Shown one piece after another: positions 1-16,434 of a DNA stretch of 64,000 bases. The position numbers and the translations under genes were made by a program. Location: the NCBI RefSeq assembly GCF_009914755.1, contig NC_060941.1, one strand, 5' to 3'. Every line of letters begins with the position of its first letter. Position 1 is the first letter of the stretch. The DNA is from the human T2T-CHM13v2.0 reference genome, Homo sapiens. The notes beneath the pieces are model-generated. The model saw only the letters and a program-made list of their open reading frames with translations. It was not told the DNA's origin and did no database searches.

Positions 1-84
1 AATGGTTAATTTGCATACATTTGACTTCTTGACTTCTTATTTTACTTCTAGGAATCTATATTAAGAAAAAAGATAAATATATTT

Positions 85-115
<31 letters not shown>

Positions 116-309
116 ATATACACATACATACACACACAAGGATATTTATCAGCATAATGATAACCTTATTAACAAAAAACTAGTATCAGCTCACCAGTAA
201 ATTTATTAAATATTCTATTATATGTAACACAACAAGTAACATATAAATACATGTATAAAACATATACTGATAAGTGACAAAAGCAAGTTTAAGAACAGTA
301 TTAGGCTGT

Positions 310-543
310 TCTTAATATGTATATATCATGTATGTGTATATATAATATATAATATGTATATATCATATATGATATATATATCATATGTATATATTATAAT
401 ATGCATATGTATATATTATATAATATGTATATGTATATATTATATGTGTATATATATTATATATAGTATATATGTGTATATATACTATATATAATATGTA
501 TATATGTGTATATATATTATATATAATATGTATATATATAATA
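310..543. repeat. (TA)n-rich degenerate microsatellite
   Basis: TATA/TATG low-complexity tract. Confidence 0.9.
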
Positions 544-544
544 C

Positions 545-827
545 GTGGCTCATAACTGTAATCCTAGCACTTTGAGAGGCTGAGACAGGAGGATCACTTG
601 AGGCCAGGAGTTCAGACCAGCCTGGGGAACATAGCAAGACTATGTCTCTGTAAAACATCTTCTAAAAATTAGCTGGGCATGGTGGCACATGCCTGTTGTC
701 CCAGTTACTACAGAGTTACTAAGGCAGGAGGATTGGTTGAGCCCAGGAACTTGAGGCTGCAGTGAGCTATGATCACGCCACTGCACTCCAGCCTGGATGA
801 CAGGGCAAGACCCTATCTCTAAAAAAA
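545..827 (+). mobile_element. AluJ
   Basis: Diverged dimeric Alu with an A tail. Confidence 0.85.
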
Positions 828-1717
828 CAATGTATAATGTAATATAGTTTTATAAAAATAAATTTTAAAGTAATACTGATGTGCATGTACCATATAATAA
901 TGTCAAATGGGGTATGACTTCTGGGAGACTTTCTCTTTATAAATCTTGTGTTTATGAAACACTTGAGTTAGGAATTTTGTATAACTTTGTATTATATTCA
1001 TAATTAGAAATGTATAGATATTTTAAAGTAGATGTATATCTATTGACACGTAAAATGTCAACAGTACACCTTTTAAATGAAAAAAATGCAGCTTAAGGCA
1101 ACATATTCACGTTTCTAAAAAGTTACACACATACCAAAGGAAAAAAAAAAAATCTGGAAGGCTACACCAAAACATTGTCGATGGCTATTCTGGGTGGTGA
1201 GATTTTTGTGTGATTTTTGCTTTCCTCTTTGTAACTTTCTATTTTGACTCCCTTTTTAAAAAAATTAAGACCACATACTATTTTTATAAATGAAGTTTTC
1301 ACTTAAAAACTTCGTCTTCAATTTTCACTAGTAAACCTTTTTAATAACTAAAAAGGTTCAACAATACTGACTTTAATTATGCTTCCTCTCCCTATTCACT
1401 CAATAGCCTCTAGGTTTACCCCTGCCTAAAGAATCAGCAGTAGAACAGGAGAAGTAATAGGACTGAGATTATCAACAAAAAGTGGTTGGTTTCAGCTTTG
1501 CTACGAAAAAAAGATAGAATGCCATAATATTGATAATGTCATTTTATATTTTCAACTGATGATTTCCAAAGAGGTTTTACAACTACAATCATATTTGGTT
1601 CTCAAGTCTATGAAGATGGCAGGGAAGTATAATTCCCCCTTATAAGATAAACAGTCTCAGTTAGAAGAGGTAGAGGGATGTATCCAGGTTCTTGAATTGG
1701 GGAGTGACAGCGTTGTC

Positions 1718-1894
1718 CTGCATAGTTCAATACAGTAGCCACGAGCCACATGTGGCTATTAAACTTAAATTAAAGGGAAATAAAAATGCAGTTCCTCAGT
1801 TGCACTGGCCACATTTTAAGGGCCCAATTGCCACAGGTGGCTCGTGGCTACTGCTTTGGATAGTACGGTACAGAATATTTCCATCATCACAGAA
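1718..1894 (-). mobile_element. MER3-like hAT-Charlie DNA transposon fossil
   Basis: AGCCACATGTGGCT palindromes and TTTCCATCATCACAGAA. Confidence 0.75.
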
Positions 1895-2785
1895 CTGATG
1901 TGATTCCCACTCCAAGGACATTTTCCACTCCTGTGGTGGCTTTCTACACCCTTGCTTTGCCCACTTAAAGTAAAGGAAAATATTATTTGAGCATCTTACT
2001 CTGAATGGTACGAGCTTCTGAAATACTGTAGAGGAAAAAAAAAAAACTGCTGAATTCATAATACAAAGATGGCTAGGGTAGCCAGAGAGTGGTGAGTAGT
2101 GGGAGAAGGTACAACGAAAGCCTGAAGGGTGATAGAGTGAACTCTGAGGGTTGCCTACTTAGCACCTATTCCCTCTCTTCTTCCTTTTAATAGGACTAAG
2201 ATTTTATTTTGGTATCTACCCCTACCCAACATGGGCTTTGTCCCACAGAGTTCAGGAACAGGCCTGCAATGCAATTTGGGCTTCGTCACACAAGACAAAA
2301 AGTTAGCTGATAAGAGTAACACCTTTTGAGGCTTTGGTCTTAACCTCTGAAAGGCCAAACAGCAGAATACCTACTTCAACATTATCTCAGGCATTAACCA
2401 AAAAGTGTATGTGTATCATGTGATCACACACAGGACTATTAATAGTTATAGCTCATCAGCATAACAGAGTCCACAATATGAGCCAAGCACATCACTCTGT
2501 TTTACTAATATGTGTAGTATTTCTATTAGCTTTATTAATATGTGTACAGGTGAGTATCTAGGTACATTCTGAGGTTAAAAAAATCTAATTTTGTGCTTTG
2601 TGTTTTGAAATCTACAATCTGAAATAGAAATACATTCTTGCAAAAGTAAATTACAGTAATAATTAAATAAAAAGGGAAGCAGACTGATAATACAAACATT
2701 AACAAGCACATTATCTAAGTAGACTTTGTGGAGAACATTACTCCTTTTGTAGACAAACATTTATAAAAATTTAAACAATCAAGAC

Positions 2786-3147
<362 letters not shown>

Positions 3148-3607
3148 TTATAGAATTTACAGAATCATAACATTAAACAAAACAACCATTTAAAAACTAT
3201 ACCTGAATTTAGTAATTTAATTCCATGTAGCCCATGAGTCTTTTAAGAAAAATCCTAATTTGGGAATTCTTCATACATGGCATGAATGAGTTAGATACAG
3301 AATGTCAACGATGCCAAACTTTTATAGAATGGAACATCAGTACCAAAAACTATCATGCAATTTTCAATGGAACAAACATGGTGAAAGTTACGAGTGATTT
3401 TGGAATCACAAGCATATATATGCTGCTTTGTTCACATACTTCAGAGAATAATTATAGCCCAGAGAAAAGAAACTAAATCACTGGCCCTAAGCAGAAAGAC
3501 AGTGGCCACTTGCCATTTTTTTCTCAGCTAAAGACAAACTGCAGGACATATCTTGGAACTTTGGAACTGTCTCATCAGGGACTCACAAAAATGTCCCAAT
3601 GGGATAG

Positions 3608-3909
<302 letters not shown>

Positions 3910-4249
3910 AGAATAGTTATTATTAATACATGTTAAAAACATGGCTCAAACCAAAGAAAGCTTAATATTGTCCTCAGCACACAACAGTACCTGTACAGTA
4001 GAATAAGAACCAAAGATTGTTTATACAAAAATTAATTCACTGCTGAAAAAGGCACTAACTGAGAAGCCATAAAGTACAAATATTTCCTACAGGGTACCTG
4101 CTATGTACAAGCTTCTGTCATTCTGTTTCAGAGAAGATGCTGAAATGAATACACATGAATGAAAGTGTGCAGTGTGTACTATGAAAAATGGGCCTCTCTC
4201 CGTTCTAGTTAGTTAATTTATTTCAGATTAAATGAGATTTAAGATATGA

Positions 4250-4580
4250 CTCCTGGACCAGGAAAAATGCTATAAAACATATGATTAGGGCAATTGTAAA
4301 ATCTAAATATGGACTTTGGTACAAGATTATTATCTACCCCATGTAAAATTTCCTGCTTTTCATAACTATGCTGTGGTTATGTAGGAGACCCTCCTTGTTC
4401 TTAGGAAATTCACATCGAAGAATTAGGGGAAAGGGGCAGGATGTCTGCAACTTACTCTCAAATATTGGTAAGTGAGTGATAAGGCAAATGTCAAACAATT
4501 GATGAATCTGGGTGAAAAGTACATGGGAGTTCCTGTAACTTTTCTGAAATTTTAAATCATGTCAAAGTAAAACATTACCA
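4250..4580 (+). mobile_element. Old L1M (L1MC/ME-type) 3' fragment
   Basis: CCTTGTTCTTAGGAAAT...ATGTCTGCAACTTACTCTCAAAT motifs. Confidence 0.6.
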
Positions 4581-5149
4581 AAACATTAATTCTTTACATT
4601 TCCTTATGAAAACAAGTAGTTCTGTGGTAGTCAAGTCTCAGAATGATCAAGAAGACTGAATGTTTTGTATGTTACAGAGGCCATTAGTGGGCTTGAGGAG
4701 TTGCCATACTCTGTCCTTAGCTCTCTGTTGCTTACACTGGATTTAAAACGGATTCACTCCTTAAAGTGGAAATACTCTTGTTTCTGTGGGGTATCAGTCC
4801 CTGATGACTTCCAGCTTGAATTACTGGTGCCGTTGCTACCTAACCACAGTCCCCCGTCCCACACCCTTCTTGCCATAGTAGGTAGCTGGGCTCATTCAGT
4901 GCAGTAGTCCCATGTCTCATATTTGTTCCTTAAAGTACATGCTTTAAGAGAATAAGCCACATTGTAATAAAGGGGCTCCTAGATGACCATTTCATAGACA
5001 CTGCCAAGTTCCCTAACATTCTTACGTACCTGTGCAAAGTTACATAAACATATATTATTAAGTATAAGAAGAAATAAATTGTTAGAAATAAACATGTAGT
5101 AAGACATGTAAAACTGGAACACAAAATCCCTTAAAAATTAAGTGTTTTC

Positions 5150-5913
5150 CATGAAAAAATGCTCATCATCACTGGCCATCAGAGAAATGCAAATCAAAAC
5201 CACTATGAGATATCATCTCACACCAGTTAGAATGGCAATCATTAAAAAGTCAGGAAACAACAGGTGCTGGAGAGGATGTGGAGAAATAGGAACACTTTTA
5301 CACTGTTGGTGGGACTATAAACTAGTTCAACCATTGTGGAAGTCAGTGTGGCCATTCCTCAGGGATCTAGAACTAGAAATACCATTTGACCCAGCCATCC
5401 CATTACTGGGTATATACCCAAAGGACTATAAATCATGCTGCTATAAAGACACATGCACACGTATGTTTATTGCAGCATTATTCACAATAGCAAAGACTTG
5501 GAACCAACCCAAATGTCCAACAATGATAGACTGGATTAAGAAAATGTGGCACATATACACCATGGAATACTATGCAGCCATAAAAAAGGATGAGTTCATG
5601 TCCTTTGTAGGGACATGGATGAAACTGGAAATCATCATTCTCAGTAAACTATCGCAAGAACAAAAAACCAAACACCGCATATTCTCACATAGGTGGGAAT
5701 TGAACAATGAGATCACATGGACACAGGAAGGGGAATATCACACTCTGGGGACTGTTGTGGGGTGGGGGGAGAGGGGAGGGATAGCATTGGGAGATATACC
5801 TAATGCTAGATGACGAGTTAGTGGGTGCAGCACGCCAGCATGGCACATGTATACATATGTAACTAACCTGCACAATGTGCACATGTACCCTAAAACTTAA
5901 AGTATAATAAAAA
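5150..5913 (+). mobile_element. 5'-truncated L1PA2-like (end of ORF2 + 3' UTR)
   Basis: ORF2 C-terminal peptide, GAG diagnostic and poly(A). 17-bp TSD AAAAATTAAGTGTTTTC at 5133-5149 and 5914-5930, TT|AAAA site. Antisense to MYO1D. Confidence 0.93.
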
Positions 5914-7703
5914 AAAAATTAAGTGTTTTCATCTTACAGCTGTAAAAATAAGTTTGAAGCCCAAATTGTGGACTTTTGTGTCCCTTCTACAGTTTAAAAC
6001 AAAACACGGAAGGAAATACACTTCACTATCATGACATGTAATCCACAAATTACATGTCTAACCCTTGAGCTTCTTTTAGAAACTCTCCTCACTAATTTGC
6101 CTGTGTTTTTGAATAGCAAGTAATATGTTTTCAATCATGAAAGGTTACAGGGAAATTTTTGTGGTAAAAACTGGCCTTCCACTGGCATAAAAATCATCAG
6201 TCTTACTGCAATCCTTTGGGAAATAACTTTTTTTTTCCATTATTGTCAAGCAACTTTCAAACCAGTTTAATAGCTACTGTTCTTGAGATGGCTCTTTACA
6301 TCCTTTAAAACTGATGTCACTCAAGACCATGTAAGAGAAAACAATGATGGTAAGTTTCATAAAGGAGTTATTTCTTTACAATATTTTGAGAGAGAATCAA
6401 ACTATGTGAAGTTTTAAAAATAACAATTATCCACTGATACTTAAATGGACAATTGCCCATCCTCCAACACATCACACACTCAGACCTGAACTACTGCACT
6501 ACTCTTTCACCATGGGTACAACAATCCTATCAAAGAATGCAGCCACTTTATTTTGAAATAAAATTGTATTTGATATTAATTTTTTAAAAGTATTCTTCAG
6601 GAAAAAATGTCTGAGCAGTATAAAAACTAAGTGACTTTTGTAAGTGCTCTATTTACCTCTCTTTCATTGTTTCTCTATAATTCCTCTGATTAAACACTGC
6701 TCCACTTTGTAATATGAAGTAATTTTGCACAGGAATAACACAGTAGAGTAATGCTGTCTGATTTTCTTTCTTCTCCCTAACTCACTCTTATGTACCCTGT
6801 TTTTTGTTTGTTTGAGATACACCATATAAGGACATACCAAGTTTTCTAAAATTTAACTACAAGCATTAGTGAATTTGAGGGGAATGGAGTCTTATCAAGG
6901 CTTGGATTGGGCTTGATCACCAACTTACCATGGGAGTCAATCTCTGTCTCTTTTTTCTCATTTATGAGAGAATAAACCTCCCTGTACCTACTTTAAATTT
7001 TAGTTAAGAATACTTATGAAAACTTTTTTTTTTCAGATGACCAACTGTTTACTTCATTTCTCCCCTGCACCTAGGCTGCCAAGTACTATGAAAAACAACA
7101 ACAACAACAACAACAAAAACTCAGGTTGACCAATTGGAAACTCTATAAATCCATGGAGTTCAACATCAGGAGGACCTTTGGCATTGTCTGGTGATCCTTG
7201 TACTTGTCCTTCAACAGCTCCCAAATCAGAAGGTAAACCTATTCACTCTCACCTCAAGTCGATGTTTCTACCATTCCCCCCACTCTCAGCCAACATCTTG
7301 CCTTCTATTTCACAAAGCAAAATAAAATCCAATAGACAGAAACAACTCTGACTTCCTGCCACTTTACCTACATCCACCCTAATCCTGACCACCTTTTTTC
7401 CTGAGCCTGAAAAAGAGGGAGCCCCAGAGCTCTGGAACCCATCCTCTCTCACTTCCTCAAGCATCTTGTTCCATCAATGATCAACTCCAATTCCCACAGA
7501 CATGCCTAAGACTCTTCACCTTTAAAAACAAACAACACAATATTTTCCACCAGTTCTGCAGCCCTTCTATCAAATAGTCCATATCCACCTCATCTACTCC
7601 TCAGCTCAATGCAACCTGGCTAACTCCCTACCATTCTACCAAGGCTTCCCATCACCAAACTCAATGGTCTCCTCCATTCTTTGCTTCTGTGATCTCTCTA
7701 CAG

Positions 7704-8018
7704 CAGTGGTCCCCAACCTTTTGTGCACCAGGGACAGGTTCTGTGGAAGACCATTTTTCCATGGACCCAGGGGGGTGGTTTCAGGGTGAAACTGTTCCAC
7801 CTCAGATCATCAGGCATTAGAGTCTCATAAGGAGTGTGCACACGCACAGTTCGCAATAGGGTTTGCACTCCTCTGAAAATCTAATGCTGCTCATCTGTCA
7901 GGAGGTGGAGCTCAGGCTGTAATGCTTGCTGGCCCGCTGCTCACCTCCTGATGTGCAGCCCAGCCCGGTTCCTAACAGACCACCGTACCGGTCAGGGGCC
8001 TGGGGGTTGGGACCCCTG
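7704..8018 (+). mobile_element. MER1B-like hAT-Charlie element
   Basis: Terminal inverted repeats CAGTGGTCCCCAACC...GGTTGGGACCCCTG; 8-bp TSD CTCTACAG/ATCTACAG. Sits inside L2-like sequence. Confidence 0.85.
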
Positions 8019-8213
8019 ATCTACAGCATTTACTACTGCTGTTGTTTCCTTCTAGAAATTCTCTCCTCTGTTAGTTTCTCTCGTACCATTACTTTCTAGT
8101 TTATTTCTTTTATTGACTCTTCTTCCCCTAAAACCTTCAAATGTTAGAACTGTCTGCCAGTGGAAGTAGAAATTGATATGACCATTTTGAAAAACACTTG
8201 ATGAAATGTAAAG

Positions 8214-8556
<343 letters not shown>

Positions 8557-8929
8557 TAGGAATCCATACCAAGAAGAATTGTGATCTTAGAAAATAATTC
8601 TCATACAGACATATTAAATGCAATGTTACTTATAATACTAATATGCTACTATGCTTGAATTAATGGTAAATAGGGTGCAAAATTGTCTGTAGAATGTCGT
8701 CTCAACTATGTGGCAAATACATGCATAGTTTTTTCCTAACAGTGACTTTCTTGGGGAATGAGAATTGAATTATGGGTGAATATTATTATCTTATTGTCTT
8801 TATATATTTCTAAATTTTTCAATTTTTCTACAAGAATCATGTATTTATAAATTTAGATAAAAAAAGAAACAATTTTGAGAAACAAACCAGAGGTCCAAAA
8901 GACCTTTTTGTGAAAGATGGTATTTACCT

Positions 8930-9790
8930 TCACTTCTCACTGTATACATTCTCTAATAAGGTAATCTCATATACTTCAAAAGCATCAAATGTCATCATAT
9001 ACAGATGACTGTAACACCTATGTCCTGACTACACACCACTCTAATCTGCTTCAAAACTGTACAGTCCAGTACTTCCATCTGGCTACTAGACAATTCCATG
9101 TGATGACTCGCAAGAACAATAGCCTCAGCCTGTTATCTTACCTTCTAACCCACACTCCAAATTTTCTTTCCTCTTGCATCTCTACTCTTTGTAAACAGCA
9201 CCATCGAAATCAAATACCAAAGCCAATCAATTCTACCTTCTCAACAGATATGAAAACCACGCCTCTGTGTCTCTCTTCCCACTTTCTCACTAGTCTCACT
9301 TGGACTCTTTCAACAATTTCCTAAATGTTCTCTCTACTTCCAGCTTCAGTCATGTGATTATATATCTCCTTCATTAACACCACAGTCTTCTAAAATGTAA
9401 ATCTGATCAAGTCATTTCCCTAATTAAAATCCTTCAATGGCTCCCCATCACCACATAATAAAAAATCTTTAGCATAGGATTTGATGAATTTATTCTTATT
9501 CTATGGCCAACTTGCCAACTTCCTGCTCACACTTTAGTTCAAACATCTCCTTTGAAGCTTCCGTTTACCTCCCAGAAATAGTTGGATGCATCCTCCTCTG
9601 AGTTCCTGGGGCATGCCATCCATATCTCCATCACAGCATGGATTACACTGCTGTAATTATTTCCATGTCTGTCTTTCCCTATAGACCTGGATTACACAGG
9701 GGCAAGGGAAGGATTCTATTCATTTTTGTATCTCTAAAACCTAGCATATAGTTGATGGATAATTAACTGCTAATTGCTTAAATGAATGAT
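8930..9790 (+). mobile_element. L2 3' fragments
   Basis: AAAATCCTTCAATGGCTCCCCATC motif and a terminal AATGAATGA. Confidence 0.65.
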
Positions 9791-11274
9791 TTGGCTCACA
9801 AACGAACAAAAAGTACATGATGGATTAACAAATTATGGATCTTTTTTTCCACACTTCTGAACCAATGCTCTAGAATCAATATATGCAAGATGGCAAATTT
9901 ACCCAATAAATTTGTCAATAAATTATTGAAACAAACAGTAAATTCAACATTAGGAAGCATGGTATCTGCTTCAAGTTCAAACAACTGTCTCGCAGTGATA
10001 TTTAAAGTACGCACATTTTAAACTTAATTATTAGAATCTTCCCCCAACCTCTTATTTCCTCTTTCTCAGGAATACACTTGAAAGTCACCTTTCATAGCTA
10101 CTGATTTCAAATATAGGCAAAAATTATCTTAGTTTCCTAAAAACAGAATGAAAATTCAAATACTTTTTTTACTAGCAATATCAACAACTTCAGCATACTG
10201 GAATCAGTCCAAACTAAAGAAAAATAAAATCTCCTTTTCACTCCACGGAAAGTTTCTTTTACATTAATTGCAAGCATAGGCAATAGGTAACCCTTGGGAA
10301 TTTTAGCTTATTAATCAGAATCATCATTAAGATCTAACTCATAAGAGCTTACATGAAGGAATAAAAATGGATCCTGGCAGAGTAGACTAGTAAAAATTTA
10401 TGAAACTCTGAAAAACAGATCTCTTCCTTACTTAGCCATTCAGAATTCCTCACAAATGAGTCACCTTCCTCCAAGAAAAGCAAAGTTCCACCTGAAATAA
10501 ACCTGAATGTGAAAAGCTTGCACATCTAAAGGAATCAACTTCAGTTCTTCTCTGGGCTAAAGGGAGAAATCATTGGCGAAGCCAATGGCAAACAACAAAT
10601 AAGAAATAATTCTTGCTTCACTTTGGGATACATTATACACTTTATGCAGTGGTGACAGATTTAATTTTATTTAACAAGCTAACATCAGAATTAGTTTGTA
10701 CTCCCTGTACACAGACCAACTGGGCCAGGTTAACACAGTAAAAACATTTATGGAAGTAAAAACATCCCATAAATGTGAAATTCTTGAAAGGCATCTGAGA
10801 CTCAAAATAAAATTAGAAAGTGATTTGAGAAGTAATAAACACAGGGTAAAGGTTGAATAGGCACAATAAAGTCCGTAACTATAGCTACAGAATACATGAA
10901 TTGAAAGTAGAGAGCTGGAAGTAGAGTTTCCTGGAATGAGGGAACTGGATGAATCTGCACGCTTTAACTGTGGTCCCTATGAAGATGCCAACATATGATA
11001 TACAAATGTGTATGTGTACATGTGTGAGTGTAGCTTCACTCACACACGCACACATCCCATATTTGGCAGTTACTCTTGCAGTCTCTGCAAATCCACGAAG
11101 TCATGACACACCTTCAACTAACAATAAAATTGTTGGTTCCATCCCCATTGGCTGCAATGAGGTTTATGATGCCATATGTAAGGTCAAAGGATTGCTACAA
11201 ACCTTTAATTGCTTGCTGATTTTTGTACTGTTTCCTCCATGATTTCCTTGAGGACTCCTTGTGGCCTTTTTTAA

Positions 11275-11680
11275 AAACACACTTTTATTGAAGTATAACA
11301 TTCATACATAAGAATGTACACATCTTTAGTACACGTAACCACTGCCTGTGCCAAGACTGTTCCCGGCACCCCCAGATACCCTCCTTTAGTCTCCTCCTAA
11401 TTACTGTCCCCTCTCTCTTCTCCAAAAATAACTATTATCCTGACTTCTTACACCATAGATTAGTGTTGCTTGTTTTTGAATTCTATATAAATGAAAGCAT
11501 AGAGTACGTATTGTTTTCTGTCTGGCTTCTTTTGCTCAATGTTATGATTGTGAGATTAATTCATGCTGATGTATGTAGCTGTAATTCATTCACTTTTGTT
11601 GTCATCTAGCATTCTATTGTATGAATACAATTTATTTTTCCATCCCACTGTTGATGGACATTTGTGTTTTTTCTTAGGTT
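11275..11680 (-). mobile_element. Old L1M 3' fragment
   Basis: TTTATTGAAGTATAAC...GTCTGGCTTCTTTTGCTCAA...GTTGATGGACATTTG. Confidence 0.7.
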
Positions 11681-13059
11681 TCGACTCCTACTCCTACATC
11701 TAACATAGTACTTTCCCCCTTTATTTCTACACTGCAGAAGCTGCAGGTCTAGTATTATTTCTTGCATGCCTAATATCATTCATTCACTTAAAAAAATCTT
11801 TGGCAACTATTACAAATCAAAATAGGTCTGTAGAAGCCAAAATAAATGGAGAGGAGGTCACAACAGAGTAAACAATACATGTTGTGAAACATACTCATCT
11901 CTGGAACGCACAGCACAGGGCTCTTTGGATGAGGTTGTCTGAAGCACTAACTCATGGATCCATGCTATGATAGTCTGTAGGACTAGCTTTCATTGGCTGA
12001 GAGTATATAGTCATTCTTATTCCCTTGTTCTTCTTTTACTCTCATTTTTAAGGCAGGCATTTCAGAATGACAGCATTATAATGACGGTACCGAATTTTGC
12101 AGCTTTAAACAAAATGTATCTTAGTTGCCATCAATCAGAATGTGCATGCAGATGCTATTCTTGGATGATTTTTTTTTTCTTTTTGAAATAGTATAGACCA
12201 CACAGCAGCTATACTATGGTCAGTGAGACCACCCTGCCTGGGAACACAAAGACTTCTGTTGTATGAGGGAGAGATATGGACAATTTCCACAAAAAGCATA
12301 GGAGCCTTCATCCTCTTCATGTCTGCTGCTCCAGATTCCAGCGCTTCACATCTCCTCAGACATCTCATCCTTTGCAGAAGACTCTCTGTCCTCTCAAATG
12401 TCTTTCTCTCTCTACGGCCTCCTTCCCATCATTACCTATTCACACTCAACTCTCTTGGCTTAAAAAGTAGCAGAAAAACAAAAACCTGTAGCTATGGTCT
12501 TCTCTCCTTTCCAACACACTTCTTGAAAGCAATATCACTCAGTCTCTAGTTGTTCACCCCTACTGACTAACCCACTACAAACTGTTTTCCACCTCTACCT
12601 CTCCACTGAGATCACCCTAATGAAAGTCATCAATGCCCTCTTGGATGCTGTATTTAATGGACACCTCTTCATCCTTCTCTTCCTTGGCCTTTCTCAAGTG
12701 TGCAACTTTGCTGACCCCTCTCTTCTCAACTTCTGTGATATCAGACTTTCCTGTTTTCTTCCAACCTCCATGGACACTCCTCTTCAGACTCCTCTCAGGG
12801 TCCTTATTATTCTGACTGTCCCTTAAATACAGATCTCTTTGAAGGTTCAATCCTTGGCCCTTTTCTCACATTTTATGCTCATTTCTGATCATCTAAATCT
12901 CAGAGGCATGTTCTATGAGCACTTTGATCTCAACATGAGAAGAGGTACTGGGAAATATCCTCCTTTTTCCAATATTCTTCTCGATATTCTACACATACAG
13001 TCATCCCCTCCCCCCAAGTCTGTATCATTGCTCTCTATTCCTTTCCATATGTATGAAGC

Positions 13060-13290
13060 AGGGGTAGCAGAAATGTCAAGCACTTTGAAGTCCTGTCAGT
13101 CTGGCTTCAAATTCAAACTGCTTCTTAATCAGTTATGTGACTTTGGCAAAGCCATCTTCTTTCTCTGTAAACACGTGTTTCATACCTGTATAACACCTAT
13201 CTTGTAGGGTTGAATAGATTATAAGAGATTAATGAATGAAAACCACCTAACACTGCACCTGATGATGCCTAGTAGCTGCCCCAATAATTA
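13060..13290 (+). mobile_element. MIR
   Basis: TGTGACTTTGGCAAAG core and MIR-like 3' end. Confidence 0.55.
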
Positions 13291-13381
13291 GTTTCCTTCC
13301 CATTTTCCATTTTATGGAATCTAATCCTGTCTTCCCAACTGTAATGAATTTAAGGCAGAGCTAATCCTTTAAGAATCCTTT

Positions 13382-13712
<331 letters not shown>

Positions 13713-14339
13713 TCACCGTCCCTGAACATGTCACAACCATTCACAGAGGCACCCCTGCATGGAATGCTCTCCCTTGCCATTCTTACTTCATGCATACCTA
13801 AGTCTTATTCACATTCCAGCATTCAGCCCAATCCCTTAATCAATAAAGGCCTTCCTTAACCACCAAAGCTCAGACTCCTCAGAAATTTTCTCCACATGTG
13901 AACTGTAGAATATTGCTACTAATCATCAGGCATTTATTATATGCTACTTTCGGGGGTTACATATCTTTTCATTCCATTTATCTCCAATTATATCATTATT
14001 CTTGGAACGAATTATATGTAGTCCTCAGTATACACAGTTTCTAGCAAAAAGCTTTAAGTAATACCTGTTGATTGGTAATGTTAATTGTTAATTTGTAATA
14101 ACTGAGAGCATAACATCATTTAATATTTTCAACTGTTCCTTTAAAATATGCATTTAGACAACTGGAATCCTAGAATGTATGACTTTAGAGGCCACATAGA
14201 CCAATATTCCAGATGCACAACATCTCTTTACAAGAACCTAATGAGTGAACCTTTAACTCCAGTTTCAATAAGTTCACATGACCAGAAACTCATTACCTTC
14301 TTTGGGAACCATTTGATGTCTAAGTAGCAGTTCCAAAAT

Positions 14340-15400
14340 ACAACTATCAATATCAGGAGATTAACATATGATATATTGCTAAGATTTAATTCTTGAACCC
14401 TATTCAAATTCTACCAAATGCCCCAATAAATGTCCCTTATAGCAAAAGTATACAGTTCAGCATCATGCTTCACCTTTAGTTGTTATGTCTTGTTATTCTC
14501 GTTGCTTCTAGAATACTTCCTCAGTCTTTCTTGGAATTTAACATTTTTGAAGGTTACAGGCTAGTTATTTTAAAGACTGGCCTTCAATCTGAGCTTGCTA
14601 GGTGTTTCCTCTGATTAGATTCAGGTTATGCATCTTTAGCAGGAATGTCACAGAGGAAGTAATGCTGTGTTTTTCTCATTGCACCTGATCACATGGTACA
14701 TGATTCTGATTTGTCCCATTTCTGACATTGTTCATTTTGATCACTTCATTAAGGTAGCATCTGTCAGGCTTCTCCACTGTAACAATAATCTTTTTTTCTT
14801 TGGTATTAATTAATTGAACATTTTGTAGGGAGATACTAAGTAAATATCCCATTCCTCATCAAACTTCAAAAGTTATTTATTAGTTTATGTAAGTATGGAC
14901 TCATGGTTTCCGATTTCATTTTGATGATTAAACTGACCCAGATTTAGCTAGTGGGTACTCACTTAAGCTGCTTTCTGAATCTGTTTTACATTTTTCATCA
15001 TTCTTTGAGGATTTCCTTGCTTTCTGAAAATACAAGATGCCCCCGGCTCACCTTGTATTAATATTTACTTTGTGACAACCCTGGAATTACCCATTTCTCC
15101 ACAAAGCCCTGATTTCTTTCAGTGGAGGATGGTACTAGGTGTGACCATTGCTATTATATTAAGGTATCACTGCTCCCAGGTCCTCACAATGGACAGAGAT
15201 GGGGAATACATAATGTATGGATATAGGTGCATACGCATTCACATCTATATTTACTCCTCTGTCTAGCTGTATATTGAAAACTTCTGATTCCAATCTAACT
15301 ACAAAGGGTTGACTGTACTTTTCCCCTTTCCATATTTGGAGCTCTCTTTTATGACCATGAGAAACCTGACTCCATTATCCTCAACATATTTACTTGTTTG
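14340..15400 (-). mobile_element. Old L1MC-type fragment
   Basis: GATTAGATTCAGGTTATGCATC and related motifs; reverse-complement similarity to 35600-36250. Confidence 0.65.
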
Positions 15401-15873
15401 TCAATCTCCCTGTTTATCACTTATCTCCCACTGCTGTCACCAAGACCATGCCAGCACGGATGCTCTTTTTCCATACTCAGGTCCTCATGCATTGGCCCCC
15501 TCTTTACTCAACTTGGCTCCAAACTCTAATCTGGGCCCCTGTGGCTCCCCTTCCCCTGGGATGGATGCCTACCTTGCTGTGCCCCAACCCAATGGCTTTA
15601 GGACCAAATTCTTCAGGAGGAAGAGAAGAAGAGGAAGAAAAGGAGCAGAAAGATAAATCTACATCTCTTCACTTTTACCCACTGGCATGAATTCTGTCTT
15701 TTGGGGTCTCCCAGAATAAACATAATCAATTCATACGCAAGTATTTGAGGTTGGTGTTCATGTCCTGTCTTGTTCCTTCAGTCATTCCTTAAATGACATG
15801 GTTTCAAGTACCCTCAACATATTGAGCATTCTTTTCTGAATAAATCCTATTCTGTCTACATAGCTTGTAAAAC

Positions 15874-16434
15874 TGTGTAGAGGAGGCACTTTTGGTTGCC
15901 TATCCAATATCCTATTCTGCCCCTAAAATTCCTTCTTTCCTAAAAAAGCCTGACTTTGTTCAGGTATCCACTCCCTTCCATACAGCCACATGCTGCAGGA
16001 AATGAGAAATCTATCATCAGCGCCTGACTATTCCATCATGATAACCACATTCCTCTTACCAGTGGCAGGTTTAATAATGGGCATGTGACCAAATGCTAAC
16101 TAATGTGACATGTAAGGAAGTCTTCTGGGGGGCTTCCTAAGCAAGGAGCACAACACAAGCAGAGAGCTCACTCTCCTTCCTCAGGACATTACTGTGCCTG
16201 GGTGAGATGCACAGAACTGTTGCAACGACCTTCCACCAGCTGAGGATGAAACCAGCACAAGAAGGGCAAAACCAAGGGAATCACAGACAAGTGGAGGCAG
16301 AGTCCTTAGGGACTGGCCAGAACCTCTCTTATCATTAGCCTTCTTGTTGTGTGAGATAACATGTTTCTTTTCTGTTTAAGCCAGTTTGGTCTGGTTTTCT
16401 TTTTAGCTGCCCCCAACAGCATTCTGACTGATAT
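15874..16434 (+). mobile_element. MLT1-type (ERVL-MaLR) solo LTR
   Basis: TGTTTAAGCCAGTTT...CATTCTGACTGATA terminus typical of MLT1. Confidence 0.7.

Noticed and set aside
5142-5813. 223-aa ORF
   Set aside because: C-terminal L1 ORF2 fragment, extended by a 2-nt deletion near 5688; not a host gene.
11006-11055. TGTGTGAGTG-TAGCTT-CACTCACACA hairpin
   Set aside because: Low-complexity TG/CA sequence makes such stems likely by chance.
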